The notes beneath the pieces are model-generated. The model was not told the DNA's origin. It worked only from the letters and a program-made list of their open reading frames with translations, and did no database searches. A DNA stretch of 55,913 nt, taken from the IMG/VR virus record IMGVR_UViG_3300017751_000001; one strand, given 5' to 3'. How positions within the stretch are numbered: the first letter of the stretch is position 1; each line of letters starts with the position of its first letter. Origin of the DNA: a virus. Of this stretch, positions 35,595 through 44,935 are shown one piece after another. The translations under genes were made by a program, and so were the position numbers.

Positions 35595-35842
35595 CTTGGT
35601 TAACAAGGCTAGTTTAACCCCGATCTCCCATTTAGGCAGTCGCGAGTTCGCGAGTGCGGGAGAATGCAACGATGTTATTCGCTGCGGTGTCAGATGTTTT
35701 TGCATCTATGGTTTGCTTATCCAAGCAGGTTTCAGTCACATTCCGTGTACCCTGTCGAAACCATGGCACCCCCAAGTAATGGAGGTGAGGGGAATCGAAC
35801 CCCTGTCCAGAATGTCGATGATGCAACCTATTCCACAAAAGT
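35595..35842 (-). ncRNA. ssrA: Circularly permuted two-piece tmRNA
   Basis: Acceptor piece ending GGACAGGGGTTCGATTCCCCTCACCTCCA (35780), 6-nt spacer, coding piece starting GGGGGTGCCATGGTTTCGAC (35773); G3.U70; tag ANNIVAFSRTRELATA* at 35632-35682; outer ends approximate. Confidence 0.93.
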
Positions 35843-35846
35843 GGAA

Positions 35847-35918
35847 AGCCCACAGTCGGATTTGAACCAACGACCTACGCTTTACAAAAGCGTTGCTCTA
35901 CCACTGAGCTATGTGGGC
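35847..35918 (-). tRNA. tRNA-Thr(TGT)
   Basis: GCCCACA/TGTGGGC acceptor, ACGCT-TTTGTAA-AGCGT arm, GGTTCAAATCC. Confidence 0.95.
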
Positions 35919-35960
35919 AGGAAACAGGATGCCACTCTTTTAAAACATCCTGATACCAAT

Positions 35961-35989
35961 AATATAGACTAGAAAAGGTTAGATGTCAA
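35961..35989 (-). promoter_or_regulatory. sigma70-type promoter of the tRNA/tmRNA cluster
   Basis: TTGACA-N17-TATATT. Confidence 0.8.
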
Positions 35990-36125
35990 CAGGTCTTGGA
36001 GGAGGACTTTTAAGACCAGAGTTGTGAAGTCTTTTGATTGCTTTGGATAATTCTGGAGTTTCATCCCATTGCCAAATTTCTTCGCGTCCTTTTTTATCTA
36101 CTTTTTTGAACTTTTTAGTACTCAT
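35979..36125 (-). CDS. Small basic hypothetical protein (48 aa)
   Basis: MSTKKFKKVDKKGREEIWQWDETPELSKAIKRLH... Confidence 0.6.
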   Translation of the reverse strand: MSTKKFKKVDKKGREEIWQWDETPELSKAIKRLHNSGLKSPPPRPVDI

Positions 36126-36337
36126 TTTCCGTCTCCAATAGTAATGTCAAGTACTCGATCAATTTTAAACTTATTGGAACGTGCATCAACCTCAACGGCA
36201 TCCATTCTTTGTTCCAATCTTTTCAGTCTGGTGATAATATCGCCAACTGCTTCACCAATATAGTCAATATTGTCAAGCAAAAGCTCATTACCATACTTTG
36301 CATTAGGTTCGCTTTTAATTACTTTTTCTTCTTCCAT
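36122..36337 (-). CDS. Coiled-coil hypothetical protein
   Basis: Start MEEEKVIK with GAGG SD. Confidence 0.65.
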   Translation of the reverse strand: MEEEKVIKSEPNAKYGNELLLDNIDYIGEAVGDIITRLKRLEQRMDAVEVDARSNKFKIDRVLDITIGDGK

Positions 36338-36338
36338 G

Positions 36339-36869
36339 TTATCCTCTATAGTCCATGTAGATGTTTCCTGAAATTGTACTGCCAATATTACCACTATTTA
36401 CGAAGTGAAGCAACATTGACGGAAAAATAATAATACTTCCTGGTCCTAGATCTGGTTTATAGTCTGGGGGAAAAGTATGGCAATTGAGACCATACTTTTC
36501 TTGAATGATGCCTAGCGAGGGATTTAGAAATGATGTTTTGGATCTTACCGTTTCATAGATGATAAAACTCCATTGACATACTGGATGAATATGTGGATCT
36601 TGATAATCATTCTCCTTATATACGTTCCTCCACATATGATCAATACGAGGATTCATAGCAATTAGACCCTCGGGACCAAGATTTTTCTCAATTACAGTAA
36701 CTAAGTGCTGCATGGCATCATCACTAATATCTAGTTCAGAATTAAATGATGATGGAGTGTTTGAATCCCAAGTTCCTATAACTTCTTCATCTTTGCATGG
36801 AGGAATCTTGAATAGTTCAAGATCAATAGTGTCTTCAAAGATTGGAATAGCAAAGATTTCTTTCTTCAT
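36339..36869 (-). CDS. 2OG-Fe(II) oxygenase-like protein
   Basis: QDPHIH, WSFIIY, IIFPSMLLHFV, TISGN. Confidence 0.78.
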   Translation of the reverse strand: MKKEIFAIPIFEDTIDLELFKIPPCKDEEVIGTWDSNTPSSFNSELDISDDAMQHLVTVIEKNLGPEGLIAMNPRIDHMWRNVYKENDYQDPHIHPVCQWSFIIYETVRSKTSFLNPSLGIIQEKYGLNCHTFPPDYKPDLGPGSIIIFPSMLLHFVNSGNIGSTISGNIYMDYRG

Positions 36870-37519
36870 TTTTTAGCAGGTAGGGGATCCTTCCTCATAG
36901 TTTTATATACTAAAGTTGCTCTAAGTCCTCGGTAATATTCTCCATTGGGAGGAGCACCTCTATGTGGAATATTACCTTTGAAGAAACATACTCTTCCTGG
37001 TTTTGGTAGAACTTCTACAGTTTCCCCATTATGTTCAATAATAGTTGGACCACCCCATTCAGGTTCCCATCTCTTATTTACATAATAGATCCAGCTTAAT
37101 CCATTATCACAACTACAATCTTGATGAATAGTTGTATCATGAATATATTGTTGTCCATTGACTAGGACTTCCCCTAATTCAATATCAAAATTAATAGAAC
37201 CTACAACTGCATTATACAACATTTCGTAGGCACTGTCACCTGAAGATTCCGATTTAGGTGGATAGATTGATTGTTTGAAACAAGGAACTTCAAAATCAAA
37301 GTCAGCACCTTTATCATAATCCCAATTTGGCGTGCCGTCTTTGTTATCCTTACGTCCACTACAGAGACCATACTGCCATCCAAATCCATGCAGAATTGTT
37401 TTGTCCATGTGATGAATAAACCACCATGGAAATAGATTATCAATCACGAAGATCTCATCCTTTGACAGATCGTATTGTGAAAAATTTAAAGGTTCTTTAG
37501 AGCAGTCAATATGTATCAT
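36866..37519 (-). CDS. 2OG-Fe(II) oxygenase
   Basis: HQD, WEPEWGG, PKPGRV..FKGNIPHRG, R. Confidence 0.82.
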   Translation of the reverse strand: MIHIDCSKEPLNFSQYDLSKDEIFVIDNLFPWWFIHHMDKTILHGFGWQYGLCSGRKDNKDGTPNWDYDKGADFDFEVPCFKQSIYPPKSESSGDSAYEMLYNAVVGSINFDIELGEVLVNGQQYIHDTTIHQDCSCDNGLSWIYYVNKRWEPEWGGPTIIEHNGETVEVLPKPGRVCFFKGNIPHRGAPPNGEYYRGLRATLVYKTMRKDPLPAKK

Positions 37520-37552
37520 TAATAATATGAGAGTATAGTATATATCTGGAGA

Positions 37553-39160
37553 TTAGATCCCCACTTCACTCCAATCAAAGTCCTCAAGAGTCTTTGCTTG
37601 GTTTTTTTGTTTCTCTCTCTTATCATTAACAAAAGCAATACCTTGCAACATACCCCAGGCAGTAGTTTCTTGTTCTCCTCTCAACTCTCTAACAATTCTA
37701 GTTCCATCAAGATATTTGTTAATCTTGGGAGTATTTTCAGAAATTTTAGAAGACATCTCACTTTCTCTACTTGCAATTGCACTGGTAAGACTACCACAAC
37801 CATTAAGACTTGGATTATTTGGACTAACAGCAGTAGTTCCCATAATAGCTGACGGTTCTGTTCCCCCAACTCCAACTGTGAGAGTTTGTCCCTCTACTGC
37901 ATATGTAGCAGCTGTATACGAGTAAGTGTATGGAATCCCACCGTTGGCTGCATCTCCCCCATCACCAGCCCGATCAACATCTTGGAGTGTTGGCCAAGAG
38001 GAAGCACCTACCCAATACTCAGCAAATCCTGCACCAACTGGAGGTTCGGGTTCTTCTCGAACTTCATGCCATTTTTTTGTTTGCTTTGGATCTCCATTAT
38101 TAATCAAATCGATCTTATGACCTCTACCAACTCTATTTCCATCAGCAATTCCAATTTCTACTGGATCGATGGGGTTTTTAGTAGCTTCAAACTGAAGATC
38201 TCGATTATTAGGTCCCCTAACAATAAGAAAAGAAGCATGAGAAGCACCAATTGAAGTTTGTGTATCTAAAAATACTGCAGGGTAAGCTTCTACCTTACCT
38301 ATGGAAAATATATTAGATGATGTAGTACCTAAAGAAACACTACTCATTACAGCAAAATCAATGTTCACATTATTACTATATCCACCAGCGAGATCGAGAT
38401 TAGCAACTGATGTACCAAAAGACTCAATGAAAGTTCCAGCAGCAAAGAAATCCGAAAAGATGATATCTCCTATAGCAAATTGTGACATGAATCCTGATGT
38501 GGCATCGCTATAAACTTTATTGTCTGCACCAGTACAAAATCCACTTACGTTTACTCTTACCTTTGGATAATTTGCCGTTCCTAATCCAGTAACAACTGGA
38601 AGGTTACCTGTTTGAAAAACAACAGGATCTTCCAAATCATCAGTAAGAAGATCACCAACTTTAATAATACCTCCAGTAAAGGCGGTTGCATTAGAATCAA
38701 ATATAACAAGGACACTTGTTAATGGGTCGATGCTAGAATCTTGAATCTCATCGATTACATTGGAACCGTACTCTTTATTCTTAGGATACCTATAATACTT
38801 ACAACCATAATAATTAATCTGTTGACGTTGAGCTGGGTCCTTTACAACCTCCCAAGTTTGAATGTCTTCATCATCACCCCAGATAGAAACTGTATCTGAT
38901 TTTTGAAGTTGCCAAATCAATGGACTTAAACAACCAGCTGCAATTCTTGCATCATATGCATCTTTAACTGCAGTAATAGTAGTATTAATCTCACTAACTA
39001 GAGGAACAGTCTTTTGATCCAAAGCTTCTATTAGTTCATCATACTCATCCGCAATGGCATCAGCAATACTGAGTTGTTCAGTCATTGCCTCTACTTGATC
39101 TTTTGCTTGATTTCGTTGCTGTCGCAACCTTTTAGCCATTTCAGCAGGATTCGCTTTCAT
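37553..39160 (-). CDS. Putative virion structural protein
   Basis: 535 aa, coiled-coil ends, coupled within the baseplate operon. Confidence 0.65.
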   Translation of the reverse strand: MKANPAEMAKRLRQQRNQAKDQVEAMTEQLSIADAIADEYDELIEALDQKTVPLVSEINTTITAVKDAYDARIAAGCLSPLIWQLQKSDTVSIWGDDEDIQTWEVVKDPAQRQQINYYGCKYYRYPKNKEYGSNVIDEIQDSSIDPLTSVLVIFDSNATAFTGGIIKVGDLLTDDLEDPVVFQTGNLPVVTGLGTANYPKVRVNVSGFCTGADNKVYSDATSGFMSQFAIGDIIFSDFFAAGTFIESFGTSVANLDLAGGYSNNVNIDFAVMSSVSLGTTSSNIFSIGKVEAYPAVFLDTQTSIGASHASFLIVRGPNNRDLQFEATKNPIDPVEIGIADGNRVGRGHKIDLINNGDPKQTKKWHEVREEPEPPVGAGFAEYWVGASSWPTLQDVDRAGDGGDAANGGIPYTYSYTAATYAVEGQTLTVGVGGTEPSAIMGTTAVSPNNPSLNGCGSLTSAIASRESEMSSKISENTPKINKYLDGTRIVRELRGEQETTAWGMLQGIAFVNDKREKQKNQAKTLEDFDWSEVGI

Positions 39161-40041
39161 TATCCGTTCACTCCTTCTCTGTAATCATAGTTATATCCAA
39201 CAATAGAACGTTGATCCTGTCCAGGATAATCCTCGATCTTTCCTTCATACTCAACGACGATCTTATCAACATCTTTTCTTTCACCAAAAATTGTGTAATA
39301 GTAATTGAAGTAAATTCCCCCACCAATATTAATTACACCGCCATTATAATCAACCGACTCTACGTATAGATTTTGGTTTTCTCCAATAGGAGTTAAATTA
39401 ACAGTGATGGAATCTTCATGTACTAGACCTTTCCAGTATTCTGGTATTGGAATTACATTGGATTCCGATTTACCACGATAATATACCGCAGCCTCTGGTC
39501 CTTCTATACAAATATGTGTCAGTCTCCAACCTTTCTTGGTTGGGTGATGCATATCAAATCCTTTTGGTGGAGATGCCACAGCGATAGCAAGCTTAGCATC
39601 TAACCATGGGGAATTAATAACACCAGCAACATTGAGTACTCCATTGACATTATCTGCACCATTTTGCACCTTCACCGAATTACCAACTTTCAATGCATTG
39701 GCAATATCAACACCATTTTTAAGACTTAACGCATTCTTAATTGTAGTACCAAGTTTAGTTGTAAGACCAGTAAAGGTACTAACTGCTTGAACATTGAAAA
39801 TACCAATGATATTTGCAATCCCAATTACTTCTAATGATGCTGGAACTGATATGCCCATTGGGGGACCAATCATTACTGTAGCTCGTGGAGCCCCAACGGT
39901 TCCATTTGCACCAAAATATGCTGGTCCATTACAAACTAATGTACCAGGAAATACTCTTGAAGCAGCATCCAGAAAAGAAACGTCTAATGCTCCGATGATA
40001 ACCTTATCACCGAACATTCCTATTGAGCCAGTAACTGCCAT
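39160..40041 (-). CDS. Putative baseplate spike-associated structural protein
   Basis: Beta-repeat middle; C-terminal FDMHHPTK..RLTH.CIEGPEAAVYYRG; downstream of gp5. Confidence 0.6.
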   Translation of the reverse strand: MAVTGSIGMFGDKVIIGALDVSFLDAASRVFPGTLVCNGPAYFGANGTVGAPRATVMIGPPMGISVPASLEVIGIANIIGIFNVQAVSTFTGLTTKLGTTIKNALSLKNGVDIANALKVGNSVKVQNGADNVNGVLNVAGVINSPWLDAKLAIAVASPPKGFDMHHPTKKGWRLTHICIEGPEAAVYYRGKSESNVIPIPEYWKGLVHEDSITVNLTPIGENQNLYVESVDYNGGVINIGGGIYFNYYYTIFGERKDVDKIVVEYEGKIEDYPGQDQRSIVGYNYDYREGVNG

Positions 40042-40610
40042 TAGAAGAAGTCCTTAAATTTATCTAGGAACTTAAGAATACCTCCCAAGAAACTGCCCTG
40101 GAAAATATCTGTCATAGTTCCACCTTCATTTGAAACTGATCCTGTATTTTCGACAAAAGTTGCTCCCAACGATAAATTATTGGATCCAAGGATATTTACA
40201 TTGGTCCCTCTAATATGACAAACAGCACCTTTAATATAAACATGTTTACCAGAAACAAGAGTAATTTCACCAGAACCATCCTCAGCAGATAATCGAATAT
40301 TTCTACCCTTAAGGATAATATCTCCATCCTGAGCATCAATCAAAATATGACCAGAACCAGCTGTTAAGATCTTAGCATAATCATCTTCTGTGGTTGATTT
40401 ATACCCACAGAGTTCATATGAGGTTCCATTACATACAGACTTATAATACCCATCTTTATAATATGAGAATCCCTGAGTTTGATCAGTAACAATGGAAAAA
40501 TCGGTAGTTTTACCCTTCAACTCACCCGAATCGATCAATACCCCAGATTCCATTCGGAATCCAGGATAATTTCTAAAATATTCTTTAGTAGTTGGTTTTT
40601 GTGTGCTCAT
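40041..40610 (-). CDS. Putative gp5-like beta-helix spike protein
   Basis: GDIILKGRNIRLSA-type repeats; adjacent to gp5. Confidence 0.55.
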   Translation of the reverse strand: MSTQKPTTKEYFRNYPGFRMESGVLIDSGELKGKTTDFSIVTDQTQGFSYYKDGYYKSVCNGTSYELCGYKSTTEDDYAKILTAGSGHILIDAQDGDIILKGRNIRLSAEDGSGEITLVSGKHVYIKGAVCHIRGTNVNILGSNNLSLGATFVENTGSVSNEGGTMTDIFQGSFLGGILKFLDKFKDFF

Positions 40611-43375
40611 TAAATACAGTCGATAACTTGAATTACGAGATTTTGGTTTACATCGTCACCTGCGCCAGTATCTTTCGTGGTATTCGGTGAATATGCCAAG
40701 ACAGGTCGTATCTTTCCACCAGTACCAGTACTTGTATTTATTATGATAGGAGGGAGCCTTGTGAATCTATGATCACAGTCTTTCAAATCAACACCAAGAA
40801 TTGATCCAGATGGACTTAGTTGTAAATCAAAGGTGCAATCATCTCCCACGTCTATATGATCAGTAGGAGTGTATCCAATTCCAGGTCCTATAATTATGAA
40901 ACCCGTAAAGATTCCCACTGGTGGATCTGAGGGTCCCGAAGATCGTCTAGTAGAGAAATTGTAAGTATTGGTTCCAGCAATACCAGCGAACTTATTACCT
41001 GCAGCATCAGAAACTGATCCCCGATCCATGGTAATAAAATAATCTGTTGCTAACTTCAGATCTTTATCTGGATTAATCTTGACAACATCTATTCCAATGA
41101 ATTCAACCTTATCCATGTCTTCAATTTCAATTTTTTCATGAAGATCATTAGTTGCTAACTCTGAAATTGAAATTGTTCCCTTTCCTCGTACAATTTCCTC
41201 ACTAAATGTTATGACTATATTTGTAGATGAATTAATACCACTAGTGTTATCTGCTGGGGTAGTGAAAACAATATACGGAGCTTGCAAGTCCTTTATGGGA
41301 GTAAACTTATCATCATCGCCATCGCCACCACCCTCGTCATCATCGTTGGGGTCATCGTTAGGATCATCCTCAGGAACCAGAGGATCAAAGTTTGGACAAT
41401 AATATTCTCGACCAGTCTTTTGATCTACCCAGATGAAGCCAGATTCACGCTCCATTCTAGTTTTACCTTTATATTTCTTTTTCCTTAGTCTAGCTACAAC
41501 TTTACAATCATTCTTGAATGGATCTGGAAATTCTAGGTTATTGGGATCATCCTCTTCGGGATTGGTATCGGTATCATCATCATTTGGAGGATTAACTGGT
41601 CTTGTTCCACCAGGTGCTGGACAATATCCAGAACCTTCTTCAAGCATGAATATTTGTTTTACTCTACCTTTTGCATCAACGGTACATTCTGCAATTGCTC
41701 CCCCACCATATCTGGTTTTATCGATAATACATATTTTTGGCGGGAATCGATAACCTCTTCCTCTATTTGTTACCTCAATAGAAAGAATACTTCCGTCATC
41801 TCCCGAGATGATAGGAACTGCTTTTGCAGTTTTTGTGCATGTTCCAATAATTTTTACCTTTGGAGGTAAACAATATGTGAATTTACTTCCAGGAGGAATA
41901 GTATCTGGAATATCATCCTGACTCTTGGGATTGGACGTTGTTTGATTACAATCAAAGAACTGTGATACATTTCCACCCATCAAACTGAGGAATGAAAGAC
42001 TTCCATCACCAGCTGCAGCATCTAGATCATCAAGATTAATATCTAACTTATCAGTTTTAATGATCTGGACATTATCCAAAACACTGGAAATTTTACCAGC
42101 AGCTTTTGTAGATAGTCCCCATCCCTGAGACCAATCATCATAATCCTTACATTGTAGGTTATCACATGCAAGGAAACTCATGATCATGTTAATGTATCCA
42201 CCTACCTTTCCTAGTAGGCTTCCAATACCACCAAGAGCACCAGTCAACCAATCCAATCCATCCATGATTGGTTCCAAGGCCTCGTCGATCGCATCAGTCA
42301 TCTTTGCAATCATTGTTGCAACTGCTTGTTCTACTCCACAAACAGATGCACCAATTGAGTTATTCACTAACTTTCTCAAGAACCCAAAGATATAATCGTA
42401 AAGATTAATTCCTAATTTTTCCAGGACACAGAAGAGAATATCCATGATTCTCTTAAGGGCAGCTGCAACAGGAGATTTTTGTGGTTCTGGTACAATTAGT
42501 CCAACGAAGTCTCTAAATCTTTTTCCTAGGAACTTAAATATTTTATCTCGAAGAGTATTGAGGATCATCTTCATCGCACCAACGATGAGTCTAGATGCTT
42601 TACCAACAATTCTTCTTATGTCAGCGACAAAGTTTTGTGCAGCGTTAATATAAGTCGATCCAAATTTCTGCAAAGAATTAATAGTTTTAAGAAAACTTCC
42701 TATTGCATGAGTAACTTTAGAGATAGCATCATTCTCACATGGATTAGACCCACTATGAGGTGCAAGAGACGCATTACCAAAGTATTGACTGGAAGACTGT
42801 ACGACTCTTCTAACACCCTCCACGTCCCCTACATTACCCGCAGTAGGAGATTTCCTGGCAGTCTTACCATTCTCTTGTGGAGTCGCTACAGTAGTGTCTC
42901 CTTGCACTGGTAGGTTGGTAGGACCAAAAGGTGCTCCCATAGATGTACCCGAGAATACACCAAACCCAGCAGATTTCTCCTCATCAATTGATTCTTTAGT
43001 GATCGTATTCTTAACTTCTTTTAGATTCCTTTGCAGAGCTCCAAAAATAACAGGTTGTTGTGCTTCTTCTCCATCCAGAAAGAAACCGAAAACAGTTTCT
43101 CCGCCTACCATGGAACTACTCTCACCAAGGCCACCTTGTCCTCCACCCATATAGGGTGAGGCCATTACATGAGCCCAAGGCAAATCTTTTTCTGCAAGAG
43201 TATCACCATCAAATGGATGATATCCAATTATTCTTACTCTACACCTATACGACCATCCTTCTTCGGGATCTGTAGATAAATCACGCCAAACCCGTGGATC
43301 AGCAACACGGCCGATCCACCAAATAAAACCGTCTCTGCCGGCATATTCAGTTTTTAGTAAAGAATGGTCGATCAT
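40610..43375 (-). CDS. gp5: Baseplate hub/spike protein gp5 (OB-fold N-terminus, Ig-like insertion)
   Basis: DGFIWWIGRV..RCRVRIIGYH..LPWAHV..GETVFGFFLDG..QQPVIFG. Confidence 0.88.
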   Translation of the reverse strand: MIDHSLLKTEYAGRDGFIWWIGRVADPRVWRDLSTDPEEGWSYRCRVRIIGYHPFDGDTLAEKDLPWAHVMASPYMGGGQGGLGESSSMVGGETVFGFFLDGEEAQQPVIFGALQRNLKEVKNTITKESIDEEKSAGFGVFSGTSMGAPFGPTNLPVQGDTTVATPQENGKTARKSPTAGNVGDVEGVRRVVQSSSQYFGNASLAPHSGSNPCENDAISKVTHAIGSFLKTINSLQKFGSTYINAAQNFVADIRRIVGKASRLIVGAMKMILNTLRDKIFKFLGKRFRDFVGLIVPEPQKSPVAAALKRIMDILFCVLEKLGINLYDYIFGFLRKLVNNSIGASVCGVEQAVATMIAKMTDAIDEALEPIMDGLDWLTGALGGIGSLLGKVGGYINMIMSFLACDNLQCKDYDDWSQGWGLSTKAAGKISSVLDNVQIIKTDKLDINLDDLDAAAGDGSLSFLSLMGGNVSQFFDCNQTTSNPKSQDDIPDTIPPGSKFTYCLPPKVKIIGTCTKTAKAVPIISGDDGSILSIEVTNRGRGYRFPPKICIIDKTRYGGGAIAECTVDAKGRVKQIFMLEEGSGYCPAPGGTRPVNPPNDDDTDTNPEEDDPNNLEFPDPFKNDCKVVARLRKKKYKGKTRMERESGFIWVDQKTGREYYCPNFDPLVPEDDPNDDPNDDDEGGGDGDDDKFTPIKDLQAPYIVFTTPADNTSGINSSTNIVITFSEEIVRGKGTISISELATNDLHEKIEIEDMDKVEFIGIDVVKINPDKDLKLATDYFITMDRGSVSDAAGNKFAGIAGTNTYNFSTRRSSGPSDPPVGIFTGFIIIGPGIGYTPTDHIDVGDDCTFDLQLSPSGSILGVDLKDCDHRFTRLPPIIINTSTGTGGKIRPVLAYSPNTTKDTGAGDDVNQNLVIQVIDCI

Positions 43376-43378
43376 TCA

Positions 43379-43606
43379 TCAGTCCTCATAAACAAGACAT
43401 TCTGGTTCTGATGGGTTTGTATCGCAATACAATTCTAAAGGTGTTGGATCGTGATGATCACCCGCTTCAATCTCCGACTTATGATGTTCCACATAGTCTT
43501 CTAATTCGTGCAGTTCGCCTTCGATATGACGACGTTGTTGTGGAGAGATAGATGCATTGTCTAAAATCTCCTTGTCTTTTTCGATGTGCTTTTCGATACT
43601 TTCCAT
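43379..43606 (-). CDS. cp12: CP12 Calvin-cycle regulator
   Basis: RRHIEGELHEL..HDPTPLELYCDTNPSEPECLVYED C-terminal CP12 signature. Confidence 0.92.
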   Translation of the reverse strand: MESIEKHIEKDKEILDNASISPQQRRHIEGELHELEDYVEHHKSEIEAGDHHDPTPLELYCDTNPSEPECLVYED

Positions 43607-43627
43607 AGTTTGTGTGATGCGGAATAC

Positions 43628-44935
43628 TTATATTCTATATGAATCTCGGACCAAATTCAATGATGTTGTGTTTTGACCACCTGCAACATCAAAGTGATGT
43701 CTTAAGCTGCGAATTAAATAATTACCACTCGATTCTTTATCCACAGATTTCTCTTCAGGAGACGATGATGGTCCGACTGTTGGAAAGATAACTTTCATCA
43801 ATTCCCCAACTTTTAAATTCACATTACATGGTACTACAATATTTAGTGACTGTGTAAACAACAAGTTATATCTAGAAAATGATTTAGCCATATCGGAATC
43901 ATCCCTACCACTATTTTCAGCAAAAGCCCCAGACTCCATACCTGTATCACCTATCCTAACAAGAATTCTACTTGCAGTGTCTATAATACCGCCTCCTGGT
44001 AGTCCCATATTTTTCCCCAACTCTGGGGTATGGTTATCTTTAATTTTATAACTAATGGCACTGAAATTCCAATCTATCGGATTATAGAAATAAGTTAAGT
44101 TTGAATATAAACCAACTCTTAAATTTCTAATTATATCCGTATTTTTATCCAAATATGAATGAATAACCTTGAATGTAGAATCTCCTTGACTTATAACACC
44201 AGTAGAAGTATATGTTGGGATATCTTTAGTGTCGGCGGATGTCACACTGATTGTATCCTTACACATCGTGTCAATAGACTTAAAATGAAATCCATCTTGA
44301 TTCTCAAAGAAAAAGAATCCAGATGTTCCAACACCTTCTGCATTAGTTCCAGAACCAGATGTACCTGTAGCCTGAGCAGTGCTTGAAAACGGAATTGATT
44401 TTGGTGCCAACCACGTACAAGTATGAAAGGGTTTTTTCTGATTACCCATAAATCCATAAGCGTTTGCAGTAGTTTCTACAAAAATTCTATCGGAAGTAAT
44501 AGATAATATGTTTTTTAAAATATTTTCTACATGGGTAGAAATGGGAGCTTTCTTAAATCTAGTCCGACATCTTGTAGCTTCATTATCAAAAACTGTTTTC
44601 GTTGCACAAGACAGTGTAAAGGTTTCCGTCCCATCCTTTGTAATCAAATCATTGACAGCAGTTACATATAAAGGATTATCCTTATTATATTCCAATACTC
44701 CAAGTGCCGTTTGGATTTTCAAATCCAATCGATCATATCCCCTAATAGGCAACTTATGATATAGATTATCAGTGTCAGCACACTTAATATAACATGTAAC
44801 CGAAGGACTCAGTAAATCCTCAAAGTAATCAATACTTGAAATAGCTCTATTAAAACTATAAGCCTTTTCATTATCTTCACCAGAAGAAGTCAGATATGCT
44901 TCGGAAATGTTGATGTTTGCGAGGGAAGAACTCAT
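43628..44935 (-). CDS. Putative baseplate hub protein (gp27-like)
   Basis: YFEDLLSP, FFFFENQDGFHFKSID, SGNYLIRSLRH; synteny with gp5. Confidence 0.65.
   Translation of the reverse strand: MSSSLANINISEAYLTSSGEDNEKAYSFNRAISSIDYFEDLLSPSVTCYIKCADTDNLYHKLPIRGYDRLDLKIQTALGVLEYNKDNPLYVTAVNDLITKDGTETFTLSCATKTVFDNEATRCRTRFKKAPISTHVENILKNILSITSDRIFVETTANAYGFMGNQKKPFHTCTWLAPKSIPFSSTAQATGTSGSGTNAEGVGTSGFFFFENQDGFHFKSIDTMCKDTISVTSADTKDIPTYTSTGVISQGDSTFKVIHSYLDKNTDIIRNLRVGLYSNLTYFYNPIDWNFSAISYKIKDNHTPELGKNMGLPGGGIIDTASRILVRIGDTGMESGAFAENSGRDDSDMAKSFSRYNLLFTQSLNIVVPCNVNLKVGELMKVIFPTVGPSSSPEEKSVDKESSGNYLIRSLRHHFDVAGGQNTTSLNLVRDSYRI

Noticed and set aside
35632-35853. 73-aa ORF ending ANNIVAFSRTRELATA
   Set aside because: It is the tmRNA tag frame read through the RNA gene, not a protein gene
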